NCBI RefSeq assembly: GCF_001194135.2
Contig: NC_068986.1
Span: 48,644,348 to 48,701,933, forward strand
DNA length: 57,586 nt
DNA from: Octopus bimaculoides
Taxonomy: Eukaryota
Direction: 5' to 3'
Part shown: positions 1 to 12,670 of the stretch, one piece after another
Layout: the number at the start of each line of letters is the position of its first letter
Position numbering within the stretch: position 1 is the stretch's first letter
Made by a program: the position numbers and the translations under genes
Notes under the pieces: model-generated
Databases searched by the model: none
Told to the model about the DNA's origin: nothing
Seen by the model: only the letters and a program-made list of their open reading frames with translations

Positions 1-50
<50 letters not shown>

Positions 51-424
51 CACATATGCAAATAATATACATGTATTTATTTATGCATATATAGCTAGTA
101 GATATGTGTGTGTGATGTTGCGCGTTCGTATATGTGTGTAGATAGATATACATACATAGTAGCTATATCACCCGAAGGATCGCGAATAGCGAGGTACCCT
201 CAGTAGTGACAGCATAGCTGACAGCGTCTTCGAATAAATGCTTATACACACACACACACATACACATATACAAACATATATATATCAGGATCGATTCTTC
301 CTCCAGCTCGCCATTATCATCATCTTCACCATTGGAGTCAACCTTGTTTTTCTTTTATTATTGTTGTTGTTGCTTTTACACTTATCCTCTCCTACTCTTT
401 CTCCTCGTCGTTGTTATTGTTGTT

Positions 425-870
425 AGGTTTCTTCTTCCTTTTCATCTTCTTTTCTTTCTTCTTCTTCTTTTTCTTCTTCTCCTCCTACACCTCTTTCTCT
501 TTCTCTCTTCTTCTTCTTCTCCACCTTCTTCTTCTTATTTTCCTCCTCGCACCCCTCTTTCTTTATCTCTTTCTTCTTCTTCTTCTTCTTCTTCTTCTTC
601 TTCTCCTCCTACGCCTATTTCTCTTTCTCTCTTCTTCTTCTTCTGCTTCACCTTCTTCTTCTTCTTTTCCTCCTCGCACCCCTCTTTCTTTATCTCTTTC
701 TTTATCTCTTTCTTCTTCTTCTTCTTCTTCTTCTTCTTCTTTTTCTTCTTCTGCTTCACCTTCCTTTTCTTCTTCTTTTCCTCCTCGCACCCCTCTTTCG
801 TTATCTCTTTCTTCTTCTTCTTCTTCTTCTTCTTCTTCTTCTTCTTCTTCTTCTTCTTCTTCTTCCGAGC
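425..870. repeat. Polypyrimidine/polypurine tract built on (TTC)n with a higher-order repeat unit
   Basis: Almost purely C/T on the + strand. The unit ttcctcctcgcacccctctttc(t/g)ttatctctttcttc occurs three times (~539, ~667, ~778), interleaved with (TTC)n runs. Confidence 0.9.
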
Positions 871-1308
871 TATTTTCAGCAGTCCTTCCCGGCCCCCGTC
901 ACTCTACATCTCTTCCTTCTCGTTCCTGCCCCACTTCTTGGCACCCTTTTCCTTCTTCTCCTCTTTCTGCTCTCCTTCTACCTCTTCTACTCAACCCCCT
1001 TATACCGATAACATTGTACGTTCTTCTTTTATAATTTATTTCAAAGTTAATGTTTCAGATATGAAATTATTTTTTAAATAAGCACACGACCACAAGCTAC
1101 AAAAACTATCCATGAAAACATCAAAAATTGCAACAAAAGTAAGAAAGATTAATGGAGTAAAAAGGAAATAATATTGTTTTATGTTCAATTTTATACCCTA
1201 TCTTTATTTCTCCACAGCATTTCCACGAAATTATTCCACTCTTAATCACACAGACATACATATACATATATATTTCTTTCAAAAATACACATTTGATATG
1301 CAGATAGG

Positions 1309-1450
1309 GGCAGGCGTGGTTGTACGGTAAAGAGTTTTCTTCCCAGCCACATAGATTTAAGTTCAGTCCCCCAGCGTAGCACTTTCGAAAAGTGTCTTCT
1401 ACTATAACCTCGGGCCGACTAAAGCCTTATGAATAGGTGGAAACTAAAAT
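1309..1450 (+). mobile_element. SINE family A, degenerate 5' part
   Basis: ggcaggcgtggttgtacggtaa...gttcagtccc...aagtgtcttctactataacctcgggccgactaaagcctt aligns by eye to the head of the copies at 40558 and 41860-42286. Confidence 0.75.
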
Positions 1451-1619
1451 AAACTCGTTGACTAGTCTCTCTCTCTCTCTTTCTTTTTTTCTCCCTCTCT
1501 CTGTCTCTCTCTTTGTCCCTCTCACAGTCTCTCTCTTTCTCTCTCTCTGTCTCTCTCTCTCTTTCCCTCTCTCTATATATTCTTTTATTCTTTTTACTCT
1601 TTCACTTCTTTCAATCATT

Positions 1620-1790
1620 TAACTGCAGTGATACCGGAGAACAAATCGACCCCAGGACTTATTCTTTGTAAGCCTAGTACTTATTCTATCGACTAAGTCC
1701 CGGGGACGTAAAGACAGCAACATCGGTTGTCAAGTGATGGTGAGGTGACAAACAAAGACACACACACACAAATACACACACACACATGCA
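1620..1790 (-). mobile_element. SINE family A, 3' part (runs into N gap)
   Basis: caaatcgaccccaggacttattctttgtaagcctagtacttattctatc is identical or near-identical to 26631ff and 41921ff. Confidence 0.9.
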
Positions 1791-2339
1791 TATATATATA
1801 TATGTATATATATNNNNNNNNNNNNNNNNNNNNNNNNNNNNNNNNNNNNNNNNNNNNNNNNNNNNNNNNNNNNNNNNNNNNNNNNNNNNNNNNNNNNNNN
1901 NNNNNNNNNNNNNNNNNNNNNNNNNNNNNNNNNNNNNNNNNNNNNNNNNNNNNNNNNNNNNNNNNNNNNNNNNNNNNNNNNNNNNNNNNNNNNNNNNNNN
2001 NNNNNNNNNNNNNNNNNNNNNNNNNNNNNNNNNNNNNNNNNNNNNNNNNNNNNNNNNNNNNNNNNNNNNNNNNNNNNNNNNNNNNNNNNNNNNNNNNNNN
2101 NNNNNNNNNNNNNNNNNNNNNNNNNNNNNNNNNNNNNNNNNNNNNNNNNNNNNNNNNNNNNNNNNNNNNNNNNNNNNNNNNNNNNNNNNNNNNNNNNNNN
2201 NNNNNNNNNNNNNNNNNNNNNNNNNNNNNNNNNNNNNNNNNNNNNNNNNNNNNNNNNNNNNNNNNNNNNNNNNNNNNNNNNNCGATCGCAATCAGTTCTG
2301 CGTGCCATGTTATGTGCTGTTTTTTTGTGTGTGAACGTG

Positions 2340-2578
2340 TGCGTGTGTTTGCCTGTGTGTCTTACACTTCACCGCTTGGCAACCAGTTTTAGTGTGTCGC
2401 CCGTAACTTACCACTTCGACAAAGGAGACGGATAGAATACGTACCACCCCTCAAAAACAATTAATAAATGAAAACAGGAAAGTACTGCGGTTGATTTGTT
2501 CGACTAAAAATTCTTCAAGGTAGTGCCCCAACATGGCCGCATTCTATTGACTAAAACAAGTGACAAATAAAAGTTAAA
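2340..2578 (+). mobile_element. SINE family A, old diverged 3' part
   Basis: cccgtaactta...gatagaatacgtacc...gatttgttcgactaaaaattcttcaaggtagtgccccaacatggccgc matches the family A tail. Confidence 0.7.
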
Positions 2579-3194
2579 AAACAAATGCCTTAAAATGTGT
2601 ACTTACACGCGTATACAGACATGCGTACAAGCTTATAAACACGCAGAGAGTATCTGTGTGAAACTGGGTAAATATACTCCCAAGTCGCAACCACAGAATT
2701 TCAAAAGATAGAACATATTTGGTGATGTTTATCTGTAAATGACAAAATGGTCACTAATTCAAAGTGTTTTATAATAAGTCGCTTCGGTAAATGACAACTT
2801 GTAATAAATAAATACAATATTTATGAAGTGTTAGTCAGTGCAGGTTGTGTATATATATATATCATATGCGTCAGTGTAAGTATATATTTATTTATTTATT
2901 TATGTGTTTCAGCCAAGTGGCTGCGGTCATGCTGGTGCACCACCGTGATATACAATTTCAACATGAACAAGTAAGAAAAAACACGAAGAAACACGAAAAA
3001 ACAACGCGAAAAAGTGGAATAAGTACAGTGTTATTGGACGCTCAGGAAAGGAAAGAAAGAAAGAGAATTTAACGGTTTGATCGGAGATCTTCGTCAGAAA
3101 TATAGGAAAAGTCCAAAGGAGGGAAGACAGAGAAAGAAAATCGCCAACGATGCACACGCAGTCACATATTGCAATAAGGGTATATAATTATAAT

Positions 3195-3195
3195 G

Positions 3196-3252
<57 letters not shown>
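3195..3252. repeat. (AAT)n microsatellite
   Basis: Direct reading of the sequence. Confidence 0.95.
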
Positions 3253-3884
3253 GCAAATAATACATATGTATACATAAAAAAATCATTGATTAGTGAACAA
3301 ACATCAAATTCGAGTCAACGTCTTTATATAACACCACGCTTCCATACATTTGATCATATATAAATATTACCATGACCTTTATCATATAGAGAATACATAT
3401 ATAAAAAGCACAGAAGTTAAAAATATATATGCAAATAAAAATGCAAATATATAGAACGGTCTGAAAAGAAAGTATATACGATCGAGTAAAGATAAGCAAT
3501 CCAAATGAATTATTAACGCGTGTCATGTGACTAAAAACCTAAATATCAATCGACTAAAAAATTTATTTTACTTCCTTCGATTAAAAATATGTCATTTCAT
3601 AAGAAAAAAAACATGGTAAGCTGAAGTCCAGAAGCGGAAGAGAATTCCACAAATTCAAGTCAAACACGTCTATGGCCATTTCGGGAGTTCACTGCCGCAG
3701 TCCCATTACGAGTTAAGGTGCGTCTCAGCAATGACCCCTTAATCAGGATGAACAGGAATCTCAACAATTAGTCGTTTATCACGGTCTCAATTTCATTTGA
3801 GCACTTCGTCTTTTGCAGTTTTATAAACCTTTTTGTCTCCATAAAAAGAGACAAAAATTATTTCTTGTCGTATATGTATGTATG

Positions 3885-4080
<196 letters not shown>

Positions 4081-5509
4081 CATAAATATTTTTCCACTAA
4101 AATACCTTTTTTAGCCGTAATACAGTAAAACGTATACACACTAAAACTTATTTTTAGGCGCAAAATTCGGAGTAACATATGATAATTCATTTTCTTTTTT
4201 CTCTTTTTCCTTTGTGCTAGAATTCAGATGAATCAGGTACCTAAATGCTAAGGCATTGGATTGCGTCGAAAAGTGTAATGTGTACACAGCAGAAATACAG
4301 ACAGAAAGATATTCAGATTATGTGTGTGATTAACTATGCCTGGCTAAGTATATCAGTAGCCTTGAGCTTAATCAAGGAACGCACACTGCAATAAATATAC
4401 GGTCCATAATGTACTTCGGATCTACTGAATGAGCAGGTTCTGAGAGAGGTGAATAATAAAGGAATAAATAACCACAGATGTATAATGTGTCAATTCACTA
4501 CTGCTGTTTCCAACGTATTTTTGATTGATTAATGGAGACATTACATCATTAGAAAAAAACGTTTTCATCAGGTCAATAAATGGACCATAAAATTTAAAAA
4601 CATTCGAAATATCCAGTGTGATGTGAATCATTATTCTAAGGCCCTTGCTGGTCATAGAATGAATGTGTTAGAGGAGAAAGCACGATATTATGCGTGAGTA
4701 GGGGATAACACACACACACACACACATGCTTATATGTGTGTACGTATATAAAAATTTATAACATGTATATTTACATATACACATAGATGCATGCCTATAT
4801 ATGTGAGTGTGTGCGTATACATATCGAAAGAGACAGAAAGATGCAGAGGGTTTTATTAAACAAGTTAGTTACTAACATGATCACAGTCATCATCATATAT
4901 CTAATATATTTTGCTGTGCTTGTATATTAACTGGTATTTTCTCTACTTTATACTCACTATTTGATTAATCTTCAATATAACACGAAAATGCGGAGTTAAT
5001 TTATGTTAATTATTATTTTTTCTGCAGTTATTTCATTTTCAGTATTTAAATAGTGACTCCTTTCGTAATCGACAGCACATCGATCATATTTTTTTGGTTT
5101 TATAAGTGTTTCGAATATATGATTGGCTAGACGAACAAGTTGCTGTTTTTTGCCTTTTACACAGAATAGTGTGACAAAAAACAAAACAAAAAACAATAAA
5201 CGAATGCACAATTAAGCATATTCTTTCAGTTTCGCCTTAGTTCTAGTCATTAATATGCAGTCAATGGTGTTTAGTTGATTATATTGCCCTCATTATTCTA
5301 TCGCCTGTTGTCATAGTTTATTGACCTGGGAGAAGGGCAAATGACGAGATATTATTGACTTCATAATTTCGTCAGAAAATGCAACAATGTAATTTTAACA
5401 GAACTGTATTCATCTTTTTATTTGTCGAAATTATAAAACTTCTTTGGTAATGAAGTACGCGATGGGGAAGCATGCCGTCTGCAGACACAGAAATATGAAA
5501 ATATAGTAT

Positions 5510-5571
<62 letters not shown>

Positions 5572-5572
<1 letters not shown>

Positions 5573-5672
5573 TAAAGTTGACAGCAGAATTTGAACTCAG
5601 AACGTAACGACGGGCGAAATACCGTCAAGTATTACTTCCAGGGCGCTAACGATTCTGCTAGCTCACCGCCTT
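5572..5672 (-). mobile_element. SINE family B, 5' part
   Basis: The reverse complement reads aaggcggtgagctagcagaatcgttagcgcc...atttcgcccgtcgttacgttctgagttcaaattc, like the heads of the copies at 26362 and 38686-38906. Confidence 0.85.
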
Positions 5673-5718
5673 GATGATGACGATGATGATGATGATGATG
5701 ATGATGATGATAACAATA

Positions 5719-5778
<60 letters not shown>

Positions 5779-5779
<1 letters not shown>

Positions 5780-6650
5780 TGAAGGCATTTCAACCTCAAT
5801 CCAGCTATAAATACCTGGGAATACTTGAGGCAGATGGAATCGAACACTATGCCATGAAGGAAAAGACAAAAAGAGAGTACCTGCGGTGAGTGAGAAAAAT
5901 ATTGGCTTCAAAGATGAATGCCAGAAACATAATTTCTGCAATAAACTCGCGCGTAGTTGCAGTAGTTCGGTATGATACTGGAATCCTGAAGTGGACATAG
6001 GAGGAGCTAAAGGAGATGGATAGGAAGTCAAGAAAGCTCCTAACGATGCATGGAGCCAATCATCCACGTGCAGACACCGATTGCCTATACACGAAGAGAG
6101 CAAATAGAGGAAGTGTGGAAGACGGCGTGCGTATCGAACTCGAGATCTTAATGAGATACCTCGCCCAAAGTAAGGAAACCTAGTTAGTGACAGTTAGAAA
6201 CGAGGGAGTATTGAGAGTAGAGAAAAAAAGGAAAAACAAAGGAAGAAGTACAAAAAGGATATGAAGAAGTATTACGCAAGAAAGGACTACACAGTCAATT
6301 ACATGTAGCCACAACAGAAGTTGCTGGAAAAATAAGAGGGATTGCCTGATAAAAAGAACCCTAAAAAGAGAGACCGAGAGCACTATAGTGGCAGGGCACG
6401 ACCGAGCTTTGGCCTCGAACTGGAGGGTTAACCTTAGAAATGAGCAAGTGTCTCTGCTGTGCCGCATCTGCAATAGAGTGGATGAAATCATTGCCCATAT
6501 CACGAACGAATGCCCCTAGACTTGCCCGAAAATTTTCTGGCGACACCACCAGGTAACCAAAGTGCAACATTGAAAATGGTACGAAAATTGGGGGCTAGAG
6601 AGAGAAGCAAGACGTGGTATGAGCACAAACCGCAGAGAGTGGAGACTAGC
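5779..6650 (+). pseudogene. R4/Dong-clade non-LTR retrotransposon remnant (RT C-terminus, thumb, CCHC knuckle), 5'-truncated
   Basis: Translation through stops and frameshifts gives YKYLGILEADGI..MKEK..REYLR*VRKILASK, AINSRVVAVVRY..GILKW, MDRKSRKLLTMHGANHPRAD, LKRETES.IVAG.D.AL, CRICNRVDEIIAHI..EC and WYEHKP. These are recognisable R4/Dong ORF motifs. Confidence 0.85.
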
Positions 6651-6790
6651 AACAGCAAATCTATAATAGTGAGCAGAATATTTGCTGTAGTCCTTTTTGT
6701 GTACCAAGACAAAACATGTGCATGACAACACTTTCGATGAGTTAAGATCAAAAGCTATGAGAGTCACTGTTTGGTAATGCATCAGGGCAT
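6650..6790 (-). repeat. Unclassified interspersed repeat X, partial
   Basis: gcaaatc...gagcagaatatttgctgtag...taccaagacaaaac...gttaagatca matches 41170-41290 and the reverse complement of 27244-27365. Confidence 0.85.
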
Positions 6791-6847
6791 AATATGATAC
6801 GTTTTGTATTGTCCCTCTTATCCTTCGCCCTGGTGGCAAATAAATGG

Positions 6848-6982
<135 letters not shown>

Positions 6983-7163
6983 GACTCCAGCAATTAAGAT
7001 CTGAAGAAGGAATTCTAATTCCTAAATATCATCGGACTATAGAAAACCAAGTTACAACAGGTATACAGTCCATTTTTTGTTCTATAGTGCATTGTTATAC
7101 CTTTCTAAACTTTTTATTCTTTACAAACAATACACAATGCTTCGAGCGAACTACAATACACTC

Positions 7164-7224
<61 letters not shown>

Positions 7225-7490
7225 GGTAGTGAACTGGCAGCTCTCTATCACTCCATTTTTTCCACTCTTTTTCAAACATTCTCACACACGCACACCTACA
7301 CAGACATACAAGGAAACACACTTCTTACTCCACCTCCACCTTCATCCGGTCCTTCCGACGAGAAAATATCATCATGCCAGTATGCAGTAAAAGCAGGTAA
7401 ATCAAAGAATAAAATAAAAGGGCAACAATAAAAATTAAAAACCACTAAATCGTATATCAAACAAACATAAATCCACAAAAACAACTATAC

Positions 7491-8250
7491 ATGGCGACCG
7501 AGGGTAACCCGTTTCTCTTTCTTTACTCTTCCAGTAACACGGTGACCTTAAATGCACGTGGCCTTGCACGTGGCCTTGGTTCACCCTAGGAGTAGAGTCG
7601 TCTGCTCATTGACTTCAGTTCGCTAGGTTTGGACGTGATGGCTGTCAGTAAGACCAGAATGTCCGATACACCGCTTTAGCATCCATTTTAGCGACTTTAA
7701 GATCTTCAGATCTTACACAACTCGGAATGGAGAATTTGGGTGGCGATACTATTCCGGAAAGGCTTGGGCTTCGACATGCGGTCGATTTTATTCAGACACT
7801 AAGCTAGTGGTCCTAGACGAGAACAGTAGCAAAGGCGGTGCCTTTAGACTAGCCGCTGCATTTTTCCACGTCTGTGCGGAGCAGACCGATGTCTTCAGAC
7901 GTTTGAAAGTTTTCTTATTGACGACTCGCACTGTAGTGTTAGTGGGCGACTGGAATGCTATCTCGGATGAATGTATACATTGCGTAGGGAAAATTGATAA
8001 GAGAAGGGAATGTAACAGAACTCGCAAACCTGTTCTGACGTTTCCAGCATGTAGCCACTGGAATTTTCCGAATAGATCGATGATTACAGAGACAAACAAT
8101 AGGATTACATAGACAAACAAGAGGATTCTCAAGGCGAAAAGATAGGGATAGCATTGGTTGTCCACAGTTCAAACTTTTCAGCTATATAAGCCTCAAATTT
8201 GTGATCTGTACGATCGACCTAGATGGTTTGCATAGACAGGGACTCGGTTA
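7491..8250 (+). pseudogene. Tx1/L1-like LINE ORF2 apurinic endonuclease (APE) remnant
   Basis: ATG at 7491 followed by TLNARGL (APE start motif), LDVMAV, KLVVLD..KGGAFRL, LVGDWNAI (GDFN motif), and RRKDRDSIGCPQF..KFVICTIDLD..RQGLGYRK (G.GYWK motif). Many stops and frameshifts, and a 12-bp tandem duplication gcacgtggcctt. Confidence 0.8.
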
Positions 8251-8286
8251 CAGGAAATACACACGCTCGCGCGCGCGCACACACTC

Positions 8287-8363
<77 letters not shown>

Positions 8364-8859
8364 NNNNNNNNNNNNNNNNNNNNNNNNNNNNNNNNNNNNN
8401 NNNNNNNNNNNNNNNNNNNNNNNNNNNNNNNNNNNNNNNNNNNNNNNNNNNNNNNNNNNNNNNNNNNNNNNNNNNNNNNNNNNNNNNNNNNNNNNNNNNN
8501 NNNNNNNNNNNNNNNNNNNNNNNNNNNNNNNNNNNNNNNNNNNNNNNNNNNNNNNNNNNNNNNNNNNNNNNNNNNNNNNNNNNNNNNNNATATATATATA
8601 TATATATAAATATATATAATTTTATCCATTTATATATATATGTATATAACACCTGTGTTAGAAATGGGGGTAGCTGATGAAGGAAAATGTTCTCTATGTG
8701 GCCTGTGTGTTTTCTGTACTCTGGTTATTATTCTTTTTTTTTGTCTACGTTTCGTTTGCAATGTCTTGTACCCAGATATGCACCTATATATACAGGTAGA
8801 CGTAGGTATGCACATACATAGATATAGATATAGATATAGATATATATACACACATACAT

Positions 8860-9045
8860 GTATGCGTGTGTTTCTGTCTTTGTTTTCCACCCAGCACCTT
8901 TTGACCACAGCTATTGTTGTCTTGACGTCCTCGTAACTTAGTGGTTCGACAAAAAACGACGAAATAAGTAAGAAGCTTTAAAAAATAAGTACTTCGGTCG
9001 ATTCGTTCGACAAAATTTCTTCAAGGTGGAACTCTAGCGTGCCGA
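8860..9045 (+). mobile_element. SINE family A, old diverged 3' part
   Basis: gacgtcctcgtaacttagtggttcgacaaaa...aaataagt...ggtcgattcgttcgac...cttcaaggtgg matches the family A tail. Confidence 0.7.
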
Positions 9046-9444
9046 ATGTATGTATGTATGTATGTATGTATGTATGTATGTATGTATATATGTATGTTTG
9101 TATGTATGTATATGTTCATATCGACAAGTCGATCAGCGAAAGGATTGATCACATGATAGTGATTTCAATTGAGACAAGACGCCTGCAGATCGAAGGGACT
9201 AAACCTGAAAATAATATGTAAAAACAAATTTCAAGTAGCAGGATTTGAACCCCAAATCTTGAAGAGTACTAAAAAAGGAAAAATATTAACACTACAAACT
9301 CTGCTATCTCAGACTTTTTAAAGAAGTTAATATCGTAATTATATACGTAAACACATATACATGTATGTATATATATATATAGATACTCTTTTCATTACTT
9401 CATTTCTTTAGTTAGTTAACGATACCTATGTTGTGTGAGCATAT

Positions 9445-9587
<143 letters not shown>

Positions 9588-9901
9588 CAAAGAAAGAGAT
9601 ATATGCACATATACATATACGTGTTCTCATATACATACAAAGGATTATAAATAGGTGCGGATACATGTATATGTGCATATACACATACATAGATAGACAC
9701 CAATACACGCGTAAATATAATGTGTTAAAGCTAATTATACTTAAGACCTGTCATTACAAAGAATTTCCAATGTTCTTGTCAAACCTTCATTAATCAAAGC
9801 CATATATTATTTCATTGAATGCAACACAATCCTAAACTAGGAAAGCAAAAATATAAAATCAAAAACACACAAAAAGCAAACAAGAAACCTCCAGCTAACA
9901 T

Positions 9902-9972
<71 letters not shown>

Positions 9973-10077
9973 AAAAAAAACTAAACTCATCAACGATGAC
10001 AACACACGATGAGAAAAACGTCGACGCGAGACAATCTTGCCACAAAAACAACAACAGCAGCAAAAATAACAACGTGG

Positions 10078-10100
10078 TAATAATAATAATAATGATAATA

Positions 10101-10156
<56 letters not shown>

Positions 10157-10358
10157 TGATGATGATGATGATGATGATGATGTTGATATTAATATAAATA
10201 TTAATAATCATCGTATTAATAATAGGGGGAATAATGCGACTAATATTTTCAGTAAGAAAAATAAAGGAATAATGAGGAGAAGAAGAAGAAGAAGAAGAAG
10301 AAGAAGAAGAAGAAGAAGAAGAAGAAGAAGAAGAAGAAGAAGAAGAAGAAGGAGGAGG

Positions 10359-10405
<47 letters not shown>

Positions 10406-10430
10406 ATGATGATGATGATGATGTTGATGA
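10078..10430. repeat. Compound trinucleotide microsatellites (AAT)n, (GAT)n, (GAA)n
   Basis: Direct reading of the sequence. Confidence 0.9.
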
Positions 10431-10804
10431 TGAGAAACGAAAAGTAGACAGTTGTCGTTTCTATATCCAGGAGCCTACACATAAACACGCACAATTAAGT
10501 CATTTTGATGATGAATGCAGATGCAAGTCTCTCATGTTTTATTCGAGTCATTTAGTAAATAGAAAGAAGGTTGTAGATATCCACTTGAATACATACGTAC
10601 ATACATACATACATACATATANNNNNNNNNNNNNNNNNNNNNNNNNNNNNNNNNNNNNNNNNNNNNNNNNNNNNNNNNNNNNNNNNNNNNNNNNNNNNNN
10701 NNNNNNNNNNNNNNNNNNNNNNNNNNNNNNNNNNNNNNNNNNNNNNNNNNNNNNNNNNNNNNNNNNNNNNNNNNNNNNNNNNNNNNNNNNNNNNNNNNNN
10801 NNNN

Positions 10805-10841
<37 letters not shown>

Positions 10842-11090
10842 TATAGGCATATTTAGCAGTATATGGATAATATTTATGATTAGAGAATTATAAGTATGGC
10901 TATAAACCTGTCGCTGTGTGTTCCTGGTTTTATGTAACATCACCCAATATATGTGTAAATGTAAATATACATATGCATTCACACACATACACACGCACGC
11001 AGATGCACGCACACATACACACGCGCATACACCCACACTCTCACTCATATACGCATACACATATACATACATATATCTGCACATCGCATC

Positions 11091-11325
11091 GTGGAGGTAC
11101 ATGGCCTAGTGGTAAGAGTTTTGCGTTCGCAATCGAAAGCTAGGAAATTCGACTCCCAGACCGGGAGGTGTGCTTTGTTCTTGATCAATTTGATTGAGGG
11201 GAGTGAGATTATTTTACCATAAACATTTAATCACTATAAACAAATCGTATCATCTGTGTGGTTGGTCATCAATAAATTGCTGACCGCCCCCCAACCGTTG
11301 TCTAGCTACAGTAGAGACGGTTATG
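11091..11325 (+). mobile_element. SINE family E (tRNA head), diverged
   Basis: A-box-like tggcctagtggt and B-box-like ttcgactccc. Shares tcactataaacaaa and other blocks with 12415-12670. Confidence 0.65.
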
Positions 11326-11504
11326 TATATAAGTCTGTGTGTGTGTGTTTGTGTGTGTGTGTAAATATATATATATAATGCTAATCCCTATATATTTATG
11401 ATGATAAATGGTTTTACCGATAAAGGTTTTTTCATACTGAACTACTTGGCAAAATTGTTAATTATTAATTCTATTATTAATTGACGATTCCCTGCCCTTA
11501 TTCT

Positions 11505-11534
<30 letters not shown>

Positions 11535-11537
<3 letters not shown>

Positions 11538-11716
11538 CCGATGCTGGTGTGTTAACGTCCCCGTAACTTAGCGGTTCGGCAAAAGAGACCGATAGAATAA
11601 GTACTAGGCTTACAAAGAATAAGTCCTGTGTTCGATTTGCTCGACTAAAGGCGTTGCTCCAGCATGGCCACAGTTAAATGACTGAAACAAGTAAAAGAGT
11701 AAAAGAGTAAAGAGTA
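11535..11716 (+). mobile_element. SINE family A, 3' part with (GTAAAAGA)n tail
   Basis: Near-identical to 40820-41004. Confidence 0.9.
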
Positions 11717-12414
11717 ATATGTATATACGTATAAGATATAGATATAAACATATATGTATGTGTGTGTGTCTGTGTGCGTGCGTGTATGTGTGTATATGTG
11801 TAGATACATGGATATAATGGTGTAATGTTTGGATTCAAAGAGCATTTGGTCAAAAGCTCCAACGTCTTGAGTTCAAACCTATTGATCATGTATTTGAACA
11901 ATAGCCACAATTTTCAATGACTGCAGTTTCCTAATATGTAAGGATTATAAATCAGATTTTGTGTAAATGTGTTTATGTTTTTACATTAGATTAGTATATT
12001 ACGAAAAAGGACATTATATATGAGTGAGTGTGTCTGTGTGTGTGTGTGTGAGTATCTGTGTGTGTGTGTGTGTGAGTGTGTGTGTGTGTGTGTGTGAGTA
12101 TCTGTGTGTGTGTGTGTGTGTGTGTGTGCCCATGTACTATACATCTGTGCTTTTCAAATAACATATAAGCGAGGTTAAATTCTATTACGTGTTATTTGGA
12201 TTTTTGAAATATATCTCTACTAATAAAATACATTTTAAATATAAGAACATAATAATAACGTATAATATTCATGTATTTATTATATATTGTATATATTTAT
12301 TATAGAAATACCCGCATGCATGTGAATACTTTCGTTTTTGCATACATACGTACATACATACATACATACATACGTACGTACGTACGTGTGTGTACGCAAA
12401 TACCCACACAGTTA

Positions 12415-12670
12415 GTGAAGGCGGGTCTCCTAGTAATTGGGGTGTTGCACTCGCAATTGAAAGATCATGGTTTCGATTCCCAGACTGGGCTGTACGTTGT
12501 GTTCTTGAGCAAAACACTTCATTTCATTTTGTTCTGTGGTCACTTTGACATCTGGCGAGTGATTCGTCGTACACCTGTGCAGGTAATCTCGACCTGAAAG
12601 AGTGAATGTGTTAATGTACATCACAACTATTTTATCACTATAAACAAAGGCTCTACGTGGATCGTTCAAT
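12415..12670 (+). mobile_element. SINE family E (tRNA head plus CORE-like block)
   Basis: tttcgattcccagactgggc...gttgtgttcttgagcaaaacacttcatttc. The latter block resembles the CORE-SINE central domain as I recall it. Confidence 0.7.

Noticed and set aside
3610-3770. LWNSLP (CR1/L2-type C-terminal motif) on the minus strand
   Set aside because: A single short motif with no supporting upstream homology.
8660-8790. CTGATGA hammerhead-like start
   Set aside because: No downstream GAAA or stem III. It is probably a fragment of some repeat, but I cannot support a ribozyme call.
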